A stretch of 64,000 nt of DNA from Patescibacteria group bacterium (GTDB lineage: Bacteria; Patescibacteriota; Minisyncoccia; Phycocordibacterales; UBA9973), in the NCBI GenBank assembly GCA_038063535.1, contig JBBTUV010000001.1, positions 21,570 through 85,569 of the forward strand, read 5' to 3'. The notes below the pieces were generated by a model that saw only the letters and a list, made by a program, of their open reading frames with translations, ran no database searches and was not told where the DNA came from. Positions 29,232 through 40,900 of this stretch are shown piece after piece (the first letter of the stretch is position 1; each line of letters opens with the position of its first letter). The position numbers and the translations under genes are program-made.

Positions 29232-30548
29232 ATGCGACGAAACAGAGGCTTCACTCTGCTTGAGACGCTCGTCGGGAGCTTCGTTTTTCTCGTTGTCGCG
29301 CTGGCCGCCTATCGCGCTTTCGGGACGCTCATGGACGCGGTCGCCGCTTCCCAGTCGAAAGTCGCGGCCTCGGCGCTCGCGAACGAACAATTTGAGATAA
29401 TCCGTAATCTCCCCTATACTGACGTCGGCATCGTGGCGGGACTTCCGGCCGGGAAAGTACCAAGAGAGCAAGCGCTCGTGCGCGACGGTTATTCTTTCTC
29501 TGTTTTGACTACTATCCGCAGTTCCGACGACCCTTTCGATGGCACGATCGGAGGCAATCCGAGCGATACCTCCCCGGCGGACTACAAACTCGCGGATCTC
29601 GACATCACTTGCAACAATTGCAAGATCTTCACTCCGCTTAAGTTCACGACTCTGGTCGCTCCAAGAGCGCTTGAAACCGCAAGCTCAAATGGCGCGCTTT
29701 TCATCCAAGTTTATGATTCGGCGGGAGCGCCAGTACCCGATGCTTCCGTTCACATAGTAAACACCCAAACTGATCCGGACACGATTATCGACGAAGTCAC
29801 AGATAGCGGGGGCTGGTTGAAAATAGTTGACGCTCCGCCGGGAACGAACGCGTACAACATTTCCGCGACCAAGGCCGGGTACACCCTCGAGCAAACCTAC
29901 CCTTACGGAGGCGGAGCCGGACCCGACCCGATAAAGCCGGACTCGACCGTCGTCCTCCAGCAAGTCACGCAGATCGGATTTCAGATTGACCGGGAAAGTT
30001 CCCTCTCGGTTACCACTGTCGACGGAACCTGTGTGGCCCTCCCCTCCGTCGGATTCTCCTTGACCGGGACCAAGTTGATCGGTAATCCTTCGGTCCTAAA
30101 ATATCCGACCCAGAATTTCACCACCGACGCATCCGGGGCCTATTCGCTCTCGGATATGGAATGGGATACTTACGGCGTGCTTCTGACGAGCGGTACCTAC
30201 GACCTCGCCGGAACCTCGCTTCTGCCCAGCTTCGCATTAAATCCGAACGAAAATAAAGTTTTGCAGTTAGTGGCTGTCCCGCATGCAAGCTACGCGCTTC
30301 TGGTCACGGTAAAGGACTCGCAGAACGCTCCGATAAACGGCGCGACGGTGCACCTGGAGAAATCGGGATTCGATGAGACAAAAATCGCCGGGAGCGGTCC
30401 TTGCTCAACTCCAGGGCAGGTCTTCTGGAACGGACTTACAAGCGGCTCCTACACGCTTACTGTCTCCTACGCCGGCTACCAAGATTCCGTAAGCACGGTC
30501 GACATGTCCAGCGCTTGGCAAGAAAGGACGATAACTCTCAATCCCTAG
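29232..30548 (+). CDS. type IV pilin-like / pseudopilin protein with large C-terminal domain
   Basis: Prepilin class III signal MRRNRG|FTLLETLVGSFVFLVVALAA (G-1, F+1, E+5). About 400-aa beta-rich C-terminal region. Confidence 0.65.
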   Translation: MRRNRGFTLLETLVGSFVFLVVALAAYRAFGTLMDAVAASQSKVAASALANEQFEIIRNLPYTDVGIVAGLPAGKVPREQALVRDGYSFSVLTTIRSSDDPFDGTIGGNPSDTSPADYKLADLDITCNNCKIFTPLKFTTLVAPRALETASSNGALFIQVYDSAGAPVPDASVHIVNTQTDPDTIIDEVTDSGGWLKIVDAPPGTNAYNISATKAGYTLEQTYPYGGGAGPDPIKPDSTVVLQQVTQIGFQIDRESSLSVTTVDGTCVALPSVGFSLTGTKLIGNPSVLKYPTQNFTTDASGAYSLSDMEWDTYGVLLTSGTYDLAGTSLLPSFALNPNENKVLQLVAVPHASYALLVTVKDSQNAPINGATVHLEKSGFDETKIAGSGPCSTPGQVFWNGLTSGSYTLTVSYAGYQDSVSTVDMSSAWQERTITLNP

Positions 30549-30550
30549 CC

Positions 30551-31153
30551 ATGAAACTCCGCCATAAAAAAGGATTCGCTCTTATTGAAACCCTTTTTGC
30601 CGTTTCGATCTTTGTCCTCATCGTGATCGCGCTCGGGATGCTTGCAAGGAATATCTGGATTTACAGCTCCTACGTCTCGACCGGGCTTTCCGATTCTATA
30701 AACGGCAGGCGCGCACTCAAGCTCATGACCGCGGAGATCCGTACCGCTTCCACCGCCGATACTGGCGTCTACACGATCGCAGTCGCATCCGGAAATTCTT
30801 TCACTTTTTACTCCGATATCGACGGCGATGTGCTCAAGGAAAAAGTGAGATACTTTCTCGCCGGCGCGAACTTGCAAAAGGGAGTGACCAAGCCCACTGG
30901 CTCTCCGCTCTCTTACAATCCGGCAAATGAGGTTATCTCAACTCTGATCGGAAACGTGACAAGCGCGAACATTTTCAGCTATTACGACGAGAACTACGAC
31001 GGAACTACGGCGGCGCTTTCTTTCCCGGTTAACATCGCTCTTATCCGGCTCGTGAAGATCACTTTCACTACCGACAAAGACCCGAACCGTGAGCCCGCTC
31101 CCTCGACTTTCACCACTCAAGTTTCCATACGCAATCTTAAAGACAACCTATAA
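30551..31153 (+). CDS. type IV pilin-like protein (start at the internal Met of the ORF-track ORF)
   Basis: MKLRHKKG|FALIETLFAVSIFVLIVIALG prepilin cleavage/methylation motif. Starts 3 nt after the preceding pilin gene. Confidence 0.65.
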   Translation: MKLRHKKGFALIETLFAVSIFVLIVIALGMLARNIWIYSSYVSTGLSDSINGRRALKLMTAEIRTASTADTGVYTIAVASGNSFTFYSDIDGDVLKEKVRYFLAGANLQKGVTKPTGSPLSYNPANEVISTLIGNVTSANIFSYYDENYDGTTAALSFPVNIALIRLVKITFTTDKDPNREPAPSTFTTQVSIRNLKDNL

Positions 31154-32607
31154 TGAAATGCTCAATTTACAATTTTCGATTTTCAAAGCGGAATCGAGGG
31201 ATGATAATCGTGCAGACGCTCGTGTTTGCAAGCATAGTCGTTGTGATCATGGCGGCGCTGGCGAGCTATTCCGCGACCGCCATCCGCACGGGTAGAACCG
31301 CCTTCAACCGCGAGCAGGCGCTGCAGGCGGCAGAAGCCGGCATCGACTACTATCGATGGCACCTCGCGCACGCCCCGAGCGATTACCAAGACGGTACCGG
31401 TGGGGCCGGGCCGTACATTCACGACCTAAAGAATCGGAGCGGAACGACGGTGGCTGAATTTTCCTTGGATATCACCGCGCCGCCCGTCGGCTCGACTATC
31501 GTAAAGATAGAATCGACCGGTGCTTCTTCTGCCGACCCGAGTTACGTACGAAAAGTGGAGAGCTCCGTCGCCAAGCCTTCGATCGCTAAATATGCGGTCG
31601 CCGGTAACAACGCTTTCCGTTTCGGCACTGGCACGGAGGTTTTTGGACCGATCCACGTGAACGGCGGCATCCGCTTCGACGGGCTGGCACACAATTTGGT
31701 CACAAGCGGCACGACCAGCTACACCGATACTGACTATGACGCTTGCACCGGCGCAAACTCTTACGGTGTGCACACCTGTGTTTCCCCGGCCGACCCGACT
31801 TACCCCACCGCTCTGCCGGTGCGTCAGGATGTTTTCGAAGCCGGACGCCTGATCAGCCAGCCGACCATAGATTTCGGAGGATTCACTACCGACCTTGCGA
31901 CTCTAAAGAGCGACGCTATCGCAAACGGCTTTTACCGGGATGTCGCCGGATCGGGATACGTCGGTTATCATATGGTGCTAAAGACGAACGATACTTTTGA
32001 TCTCTATAAGATTAATTCCTGGGCGAGCTTGGGAAGCTGCTCAAGCTCTCCTTCCGGCACTCTGAGCTGGAGCGTGGGCGCACAAACGCTCGAGGGTAAT
32101 TTTCCCTTCCCTTCGAACGGAATAATCTTCATCGAAGACCATGTGGTAGTGGACGGACAGATCAATGGCGCCAGGCTTACCATTACAGCCGCGGACCTCC
32201 CGGTTCCTTCCAACCCGAACAATTATAAAAACATTCTGACCAATAATGACCTCTCTTACACCAATTATGACGGGTCGGATTCAATCGGATTGATCGCCCA
32301 AGGCGGAGTGATGGTGGGGCTCCAGAGTGAGAACGATCTTAAGATTGATGCGGCTCTGGTCGCTCAAAACGGAAGAGTGGGAAGATTTTACTATTACGGC
32401 TCGAGTTGCACCAACAAGACCCGCTCCATCATTTCCCTCTACGGCATGATCGCTTCCTATTCCCGATACGGCTTTGCCTACACCGACGGGACCGGCTACG
32501 TGACCCGCAGCATCACTTACGATGCGAACCTTCTCTATGCCCCGCCTCCTTCTTTCCCGCTCACTTCGAGCCAATACGAGATACTCTCCTGGCAAGAAGT
32601 GAAATAA
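31153..32607 (+). CDS. PilX-like minor pilin / pseudopilin (large)
   Basis: N-terminal hydrophobic segment RNRG|MIIVQTLVFASIVVVIMAALASY, with Gln instead of Glu at +5. This is third in the pilin gene run. Confidence 0.45.
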   Translation: MKCSIYNFRFSKRNRGMIIVQTLVFASIVVVIMAALASYSATAIRTGRTAFNREQALQAAEAGIDYYRWHLAHAPSDYQDGTGGAGPYIHDLKNRSGTTVAEFSLDITAPPVGSTIVKIESTGASSADPSYVRKVESSVAKPSIAKYAVAGNNAFRFGTGTEVFGPIHVNGGIRFDGLAHNLVTSGTTSYTDTDYDACTGANSYGVHTCVSPADPTYPTALPVRQDVFEAGRLISQPTIDFGGFTTDLATLKSDAIANGFYRDVAGSGYVGYHMVLKTNDTFDLYKINSWASLGSCSSSPSGTLSWSVGAQTLEGNFPFPSNGIIFIEDHVVVDGQINGARLTITAADLPVPSNPNNYKNILTNNDLSYTNYDGSDSIGLIAQGGVMVGLQSENDLKIDAALVAQNGRVGRFYYYGSSCTNKTRSIISLYGMIASYSRYGFAYTDGTGYVTRSITYDANLLYAPPPSFPLTSSQYEILSWQEVK

Positions 32608-33825
32608 CTATTGGATCTGGTTCAAGACCGAGTAGAGAGGCGAGATCATCGAAATCGCGAAGAACCCGACCGCGGCGCCGATCACTATCATAAGCAGAGG
32701 CTCGATGATAGTGGAGAGATTTTTCGTCCTATTTTCGATCTCCTCCTCGTAAAAGGCGGCGACTTGAAGTAGCATATCCGAGAGCTTGCCCGTTTCTTCC
32801 CCAACCTCGATCATCTCTGACATCATGATAGGGTAAAGATGGGTGTTTTCCTCAAAAGTCTTTGAGAATGACGACCCCTTCTCCACTGCCGTTTTCGCCT
32901 CTCGGAGCACTTTTTTGTAGTAAATGTTCTGAACTACGTCCTCAGTTATCTCAATTGCACGGGTAATCGGAACTCCAGCCAAAAGGAGCGAGGACATGGT
33001 ACGGGTGGTCCGGGCGGTGTTAAGCTCTTTTGCCAAGTTACCGATCACTGGGAGATGCACCGTAAGAAAGTCAATATATTTTCTGAGAAAGGGCGCTCGC
33101 AGGAGCGCTACCATGCCGAGCGATCCAAGAATAATGATAAGAAAGGTGATCACCAGGTGCTCGGAGAAAAAGTTCCCCATCCAGATGATCGCTTGGGTGG
33201 ACTTCGGAAGCGTCACCCCGAGCTCCTTGAAGGTGCTCGCAAGCGTGGGCACCACGAAAGCGAACATGAGTACCCCGATGATCACCATCGCGGAGAGTAT
33301 CACCCCGGGATAGACCAGTGCGCCGTGGATCTTTTTGTTAAGAGAGTGCGCTTTTTCAAGGTTGCCGCCGATATCAGTGAGTGCACCGGCTAGGTTCCCC
33401 GACTCTTCCCCGGCCCGCACCATCGAGACGAAGAGCGCAGAGTAGACTTTGGGAAATTTGGCAAGTGCAGTGGAAAAAGGCTCACCGGTGTTTATATCGT
33501 TCGCAAGCGACTTCAAAATCTTCTGAAGCGCGGCGTTTTTTGTCTGCTTCTCCAAGACCGCGATCGCCCGTGCGAGGGAGAGCCCCGCCCGAAGCATTCC
33601 GCTCAGATTCTTGCAGAAAAGAATGAGCTCCGCCTTACTGATATGTCCGAGGGCGCTTTTGAGAAGCGCCGCGAAGTCGAGGCTATGCGCCCCTTTCTCT
33701 TTGATCGATATGGGAGTCGAGCCCCTTGAACGCAGTTCTTTGGCAAGCGTAAATCGGTCGATCGATTCTAAGAGCCCTGTATAGACTTCTCCGGTTTTTG
33801 ATTGAGCTTTGTAAGCAAAAAGCAT
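32608..33825 (-). CDS. pilC: type IV pilus assembly platform protein PilC / GspF family
   Basis: Two GspF repeats, three TM segments, conserved C-terminal PLYSVLNQI. Confidence 0.85.
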   Translation of the reverse strand: MLFAYKAQSKTGEVYTGLLESIDRFTLAKELRSRGSTPISIKEKGAHSLDFAALLKSALGHISKAELILFCKNLSGMLRAGLSLARAIAVLEKQTKNAALQKILKSLANDINTGEPFSTALAKFPKVYSALFVSMVRAGEESGNLAGALTDIGGNLEKAHSLNKKIHGALVYPGVILSAMVIIGVLMFAFVVPTLASTFKELGVTLPKSTQAIIWMGNFFSEHLVITFLIIILGSLGMVALLRAPFLRKYIDFLTVHLPVIGNLAKELNTARTTRTMSSLLLAGVPITRAIEITEDVVQNIYYKKVLREAKTAVEKGSSFSKTFEENTHLYPIMMSEMIEVGEETGKLSDMLLQVAAFYEEEIENRTKNLSTIIEPLLMIVIGAAVGFFAISMISPLYSVLNQIQ

Positions 33826-33828
33826 ATC

Positions 33829-35562
<1,734 letters not shown>

Positions 35563-35584
35563 TACTTCTTATTATAACAAAAAA

Positions 35585-35602
35585 AATCCCAAGATAGGGA
35601 TT
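35585..35602 (-). terminator. intrinsic-terminator-like hairpin plus T-run only about 17 nt upstream of the pilB start codon (minus strand)
   Basis: AATCCC-tatctt-GGGATT followed by TTTTTTTT on the minus strand. It may terminate the upstream small ORF or act as a leader attenuator for pilBC. Confidence 0.45.
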
Positions 35603-35686
35603 AAAAAATCTGATATAAAATACAAATCCCCTTTTCCTGCACTGCATGGAAAAGGGGGCGTCTTTGATTCTTTTTTGAGACCTCTC

Positions 35687-35836
35687 CTATGGCCACAACT
35701 TCATGGTCCATAGGGCAATCTCGTCGGCAAACACATGCACCAGCGTAAAGCCGGTGCCCAACGCCAGGGCGCAGAGCCCTGTGAACTCTAGAGGTCTGTC
35801 TTCGTACAACCTTTCGACCTTTTCCCAAATTCTCAT
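35687..35836 (-). CDS. possible small membrane protein (49 aa)
   Basis: Good SD GGAGGT 6 nt upstream of ATG (MRIWEKVERLYEDRPLEFTGLCALALGTGFTLVHVF...). One hydrophobic helix. Bracketed by two terminator hairpins. Confidence 0.25.
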   Translation of the reverse strand: MRIWEKVERLYEDRPLEFTGLCALALGTGFTLVHVFADEIALWTMKLWP

Positions 35837-35934
35837 CGAGCCACCTCCAGTTGGGTTGCCTCCTACCATCTCCTTGCATTATATCACACTTGATATACAA
35901 AAGTCAATAGGCAAAAGCCTTTATTTTGCAACGA

Positions 35935-35958
35935 AAAAAGCGACTTATGTCGCTTTTT
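35935..35958 (-). terminator. Rho-independent terminator downstream of the SH3b-like secreted protein gene
   Basis: AAAAAGCGAC-ttat-GTCGCTTTTT. Perfect 10-bp stem flanked by A/T runs, about 20 nt after the stop. Confidence 0.6.
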
Positions 35959-35978
35959 TCTCTAAACGGCATTGCTAG

Positions 35979-37955
35979 CTATCTAGCGTACTCTGCCAAG
36001 ATTTTTGCTAATAATTCTTTTTGCCAGACAGCGGGGGTTTCGCTAGCAATATCAGAATCAGGAAGTTGTTGCACGTTGGGTGACCCATTTGCTTCTATGG
36101 ATTTAATCAGTGCCAAGGTATCAACTCGCCACCCATCGCTTACTATCAAAGTTTCGGGCGCCATCATATACAGCTTATACTGCGCGGTATTTCTAAGTTG
36201 TGAAGCGTCCCATAATATCGGCTGTTTATCCCATTGACCAGTCCCCAATGAACCGGGAGCCCTGCGAGCCGCCTCATTTACTTCTATATAAAAAGGAAGG
36301 TCACGCCAGTTTGTCGGAACTGGGTTTGATGCTGGTCCACTTCCCCAAGCACTCCACGTTAGGAAGAGCACACGCCAAAATTTACCAGTCGATGGCTGTA
36401 CGTACAGATTCCAGTATCGGACAGCAACAGTACCCGGAAAAGATGGGTCAACTGCTGTTTCCGCTCGGGTTCCCAAGAAACGCCACTCACTTGGGTCGCT
36501 TGGTAGATATTGAATATCCTTTTTTAAAAACGAGCCCAGTGGACCCCCTATAACAGCTGTTCCAGTATTGGCAAGCATGTATTCCATGGACGGAAGAGAA
36601 AGAGATCCATCGGGAGTTGTGTCAGTTATTTTTATCAAATAATTTTCCGCACTCCAGCCGTCCGGCGCGTTCACGTAATCCACGTTCCACCAAGTATATC
36701 CGCCTGTGGTAACTGGGGGCAGGGGCATGATAGTGCCCCGGCTTCCTGCATTTTGGACTCCGAGGATCGAGCCATTGGCCGCGCTTCGAGCGTTGAGGTT
36801 CACCATAGTTTGCATCATGTCTCCGGCTTGGAATTTAGCGGGGGCGGAAGGGGGTGGCGGGGGAATGGGGTCAGGTCCGCCGGTTAGCGGAGGGCTTGCA
36901 ACTCCCGCCGGAGAATTTATATCCGCTCCACCGATGCTTGATGCAGAAACCCAACCAACCAGTGTCCCGCCCGTGGGGGCAGTGAAGTTTACTTCGAACC
37001 ATGCGCCAGTCAGTTCTTGCCCGACCACCGTGCCGCGCACGCCTGCAGGGTATGTCGTAAGTGGCGTAGCGTTTGCCCCGGCATCACTTCGAACGGTAGT
37101 TGAAGTCTTTGTCTCAACGTAGTCCCCTACTCGGAATTGCCACGCCGTAGCGCCGGCCGGAGGACTATAGGGAGAATAAGGAGTACCTGTCGTGTTTAAG
37201 CTTGTTCCCGGGCAGCGCTGTCCCGTCATGCCGCTGTAAAGATCTCCCGGAGCGCAATTTCTTGGAGGGGCGGCCGGCGGTGGCGGAGGAGGGGCAGGTG
37301 GGGGCGGTGGGGGCAGTGCAGACGGAGTCCCCGAAGCGCATCCGTAGGTAACTCCGTTTGCTGCATCCTGTTGCGAAGGGCGCAGAAGTGATAATCTTGT
37401 CCAGTCATTCAAGCTTCCAATTATTGCAGTCCAGGTCGAAGGCCCCCATATTCCAGAAGCAAAACCCCCGAAACTAAGCGAGAAGGCTTCGCCCTTCGCC
37501 TCGCGATATTGCCTCGCAGTTGCAAGTAAAGTAGCTTCATTACCATTGATACGACTTAGCTCGTCCGCATAGAGAGGCCACTGCTGGAGAGACACTCCGG
37601 TCTGCACTCCGTTGACTGACGGTAGCCATCCATCGATTGGCTCGCTTTGAGTAATCTCTCTGGTCAGAAGTGGTGAGGGCAAATTCTGCCACCCTTCGTA
37701 AGAAAGCTGGCCGTTTGAGAAAGAGAAGTGGCGATAGCCGTTCAGTTGATGAACTGTCACGCCCGGGACTGATTGGGAAGTATATTTGGTTTGGTAGGCA
37801 AATTGCACCCCTCGATAAACTTTCACAGAGCCGTCAGGACAAAGCGAAACGGGGGCCGTCTGCGCATGCGCCGCCTGTCCCGAGAACAGAAGGGCGAGGG
37901 CTAAAATCCCAATTGTTAATTTAGTGTTCACTTTATAAACTTTATAACTTTCCAC
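35979..37955 (-). CDS. secreted protein with two SH3b-like domains separated by poly-proline linkers
   Basis: Signal peptide MESYKVYKVNTKLTIGILALALLFSGQAAHA. PPPPPPAPPPPPPAAPP and PIPPPPPSAP linkers. Two segments fit the bacterial SH3 pattern (FRVGDYVETKTSTTVRSDAGANATPLTTYPAGVRGTVVG...WFEV and FQAGDMMQTMVNLNARSAANGSILGVQNAGSRGTIMP...WWNVDY). Confidence 0.55.
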   Translation of the reverse strand: MESYKVYKVNTKLTIGILALALLFSGQAAHAQTAPVSLCPDGSVKVYRGVQFAYQTKYTSQSVPGVTVHQLNGYRHFSFSNGQLSYEGWQNLPSPLLTREITQSEPIDGWLPSVNGVQTGVSLQQWPLYADELSRINGNEATLLATARQYREAKGEAFSLSFGGFASGIWGPSTWTAIIGSLNDWTRLSLLRPSQQDAANGVTYGCASGTPSALPPPPPPAPPPPPPAAPPRNCAPGDLYSGMTGQRCPGTSLNTTGTPYSPYSPPAGATAWQFRVGDYVETKTSTTVRSDAGANATPLTTYPAGVRGTVVGQELTGAWFEVNFTAPTGGTLVGWVSASSIGGADINSPAGVASPPLTGGPDPIPPPPPSAPAKFQAGDMMQTMVNLNARSAANGSILGVQNAGSRGTIMPLPPVTTGGYTWWNVDYVNAPDGWSAENYLIKITDTTPDGSLSLPSMEYMLANTGTAVIGGPLGSFLKKDIQYLPSDPSEWRFLGTRAETAVDPSFPGTVAVRYWNLYVQPSTGKFWRVLFLTWSAWGSGPASNPVPTNWRDLPFYIEVNEAARRAPGSLGTGQWDKQPILWDASQLRNTAQYKLYMMAPETLIVSDGWRVDTLALIKSIEANGSPNVQQLPDSDIASETPAVWQKELLAKILAEYAR

Positions 37956-37967
37956 TTTGAACTTCCC

Positions 37968-40900
37968 CTAGTCTTCGATAAATCCGGGCACCCGGTAGAC
38001 CGGCAGAGTCGAAACTCCGATGGAAGTAGTGCAATTTGCATTGCCTGTTGCGCCAAGCGAGTCAGTGACGACGACGGAGAGCGACTTTTGTCCGGAGGTT
38101 GTGTAAGTCTTATAGAACGGGTTCCCTGTTCCCCCTGAAACATCCGTGCCGTTCCAGACATACGATGGATAGACACCACTCCCGCCCGAAGCGCTCGCCG
38201 TCCATGTCACCTGCTGATTGATGAGCGCCGAAGCGATGCCCGTAGAACAGGAGACAGAGAGCCCCGCAAGATTGGTCTCGTCATTGTCGCTTCCGTTCGC
38301 ACAACCCGGGTCGGCAAGGTCGACAAGCGTGTCCTCTGGGTCGGTGTTGTCAATACCGTCGGAACATTGCGGCGGGTTTGCTTCATCGGGATCCGATATG
38401 CTTGAACAGCTTGGGTCACTCGGGTAATCGGTATTGCCGTCGCCGTCGTTATCGGAGCCGTCGGAACACTGAGGGTTAGGGCTTTCAGTTGGGTCGCTTG
38501 CGTTCGTGCAGCCTGGGTCATTCGGGTAATCGGTCCAGGCGTCGGCGTCGTTGTTGGAGACATCAGAGCACTCGGGCGGCGGGGCGACAGCGGAAACCGT
38601 CACATTCGTCCAGGGAGAAGAGCAGTTGTTGCCTTCATTCGATTCGGCGATCAGGCCAGCGGCAGGCGTCATATCCATGTCGAGATCAGCGCACAGACGG
38701 ACGGAGTAGGTTCCAGCCGAAGTAAAGTTGTGGGAGGAGGAAGTCGCGCCCGCGCTTGTGGCTCCGCCAAGAGCCAACATATTGTTCTGGCTTATCGCCG
38801 TAAATACCGGGCTTCCGCCGTTTGCCGAGTTCGAGAGCTGGAAGAAGTTTAGGAATGAAGCTCCGGTCCCTGAGCAGCCGCCGTTCGTGACCGTTCCGGT
38901 GAACTGTTGGCCGACCCCGACCGTGGCGGTTGTCGGAGAGACACCTCCCAGGACTGTGAGATCAATTCCCGGAGTGCACCCAGCAGCGCCGGTGGCAAAT
39001 GTCGTATTACTCGTGTAGCCCGTACCGGTTGTGTTGGTAGCGTAGCCGCGGTAGTTGTAGGTAGTGCTAGCGGAAAGTCCTGAAACACCTGCGGTGAATG
39101 CGCTCGGCACGGTTTGGGACAGGGCGGCAGTCACGCATGTGCCGCCGTTAAGCCCCCCGAGTCCGGGGTTAGCCAATGTGCCATAACAAACTCCGCGGGC
39201 GGAAATCAAAGCTGGAACGCCAAGAGAAGTAACGGTAGCCCCGAGAGTGGCGGAACTGGAGGTAATAGCTGAAGAAGTCGGAGTGGTGACGGTGGGAATG
39301 ACATTGGTCGCGCAGATTGTTCCATTCCAGCCAGTGCCCGAAGTGCAGGAAGCGGTAATAGTGAGACCACCTCCACTGGGAGAAGTAGGATACAGTGATT
39401 TGGTGTTGTTGTTGAGGAAGAATGTTCTGGAGCTGTAAGGAATGATGACACCCGCTTTGGTGCCCGAGTCTACGGTCCCGGTGGTTACCAGAGGAGCAAT
39501 AATGAAATTGGGAGAGGCAGCTCCAGTGTCGTTGGTGTTGCTGGTGACATTAGATCCAAGCACAACTTCAGGATTAGTTACCGTCCAAGAAAGAGTTGTG
39601 GTACAACTGCTTGCGTTAAGAAGGATGATGCAGTTGGGACCGGAGAGGGTGCCGGACATGACGAGGGCATTCGACACCGTCACTTGCATATCATCAGTAC
39701 CCGTTGCCCCATTGTTGTCAGTTGCCGTTAGACGGAAAATATATGAACCCGCTGTCGTCATGTTACTAAACGACGGAGTCAGAGTTCCACCATTGGTGAT
39801 GGTTGGGATCGGTCCGGGTCCAGAGATGAAAGACCAGACGGTGGTAGAAATCGTACCGGGTGCGGTGTCGGTGGCGGAAGTGCTGGTGGGAGCGCTGGTG
39901 GAAGTAGGAAGAGTGATAGGTTTGTCTGGGCCGGCGTTGGCAACAGGCGGGATGTTGGCACAGAGCGCTCCGCTCCAGGCAGTGCCGGCGGTGCAGGTCG
40001 CAACGGCGGTATCGCCGGAGAGAAATTGCGAGTTGTTGTAGAGCTCAAAAAGCCGAGTGCCGTTTGGACTCCCGCCGAAGACGGGAGCAGTGGTCGAGCC
40101 GGAATTTCCAGTTGCTACTAGAAAGTTGGGAGACGAAGCACCACTGTTATTCTTATTGCTGGTAACCGACGAAGTCGCCACTGGATTAGTCGTGCTCCAG
40201 GAGAGGCTCGAGGTGCAGCTTGAGGCACCGGAGGTAATGGTGCAGTCGGAAGCGGAGAGCGTGCCGGACATGACAGGCGCCGGGTTCACCGTAACCGCCA
40301 CCCAGGAAGCGGAGCAGTTGTTGCCTTCGTTGGATTCGCCGATGGTGCCGTCGGTCATGGACCCGTTGTTGTCGGCGCAAACCCGGACATACCAAGTGCC
40401 GGATGACGGAAATGTATATGAGGAGGATGTGCCAGCTGATCCCGACGCTGCAAGCGGACCGATACTTGCGGAAGTCTGACCGGCATAAACGGTGCTGTGA
40501 TCAGCATCATTGTCGAATTGAAATGCGTTGGTGAAAGAAGAGCCGGTTGAGGCATTGCCATTATTGGTGATAGTGGAGCTGAAGGTTGTGGAAGAGCCCG
40601 CGGTTGCAGAGGTCGGCGTCGGCGCGCCCGCGACAAGGTCCGGCGCTGGGCAGGCAACAGTTGTGAATGTTCCATCAGAAGAATAGCCTATGAGCCCATC
40701 TGAATTAATAGCGTAGCCGCGGTATCGGTAAGTGGTGCCGCAAGACATCCCCGTTCGAACGTGTGAAAAAGCGCTGACTGCAGTTCCACCTTCAGCCAAC
40801 TGATTGCCAGTCGGTGATGGCGAAGTCCCCCATACAGTTCCGCGCGCGGTAAGGGCACAGCCACCATTTGAGGTTACGGTCGCTCCAAGAGTTGCACCTG

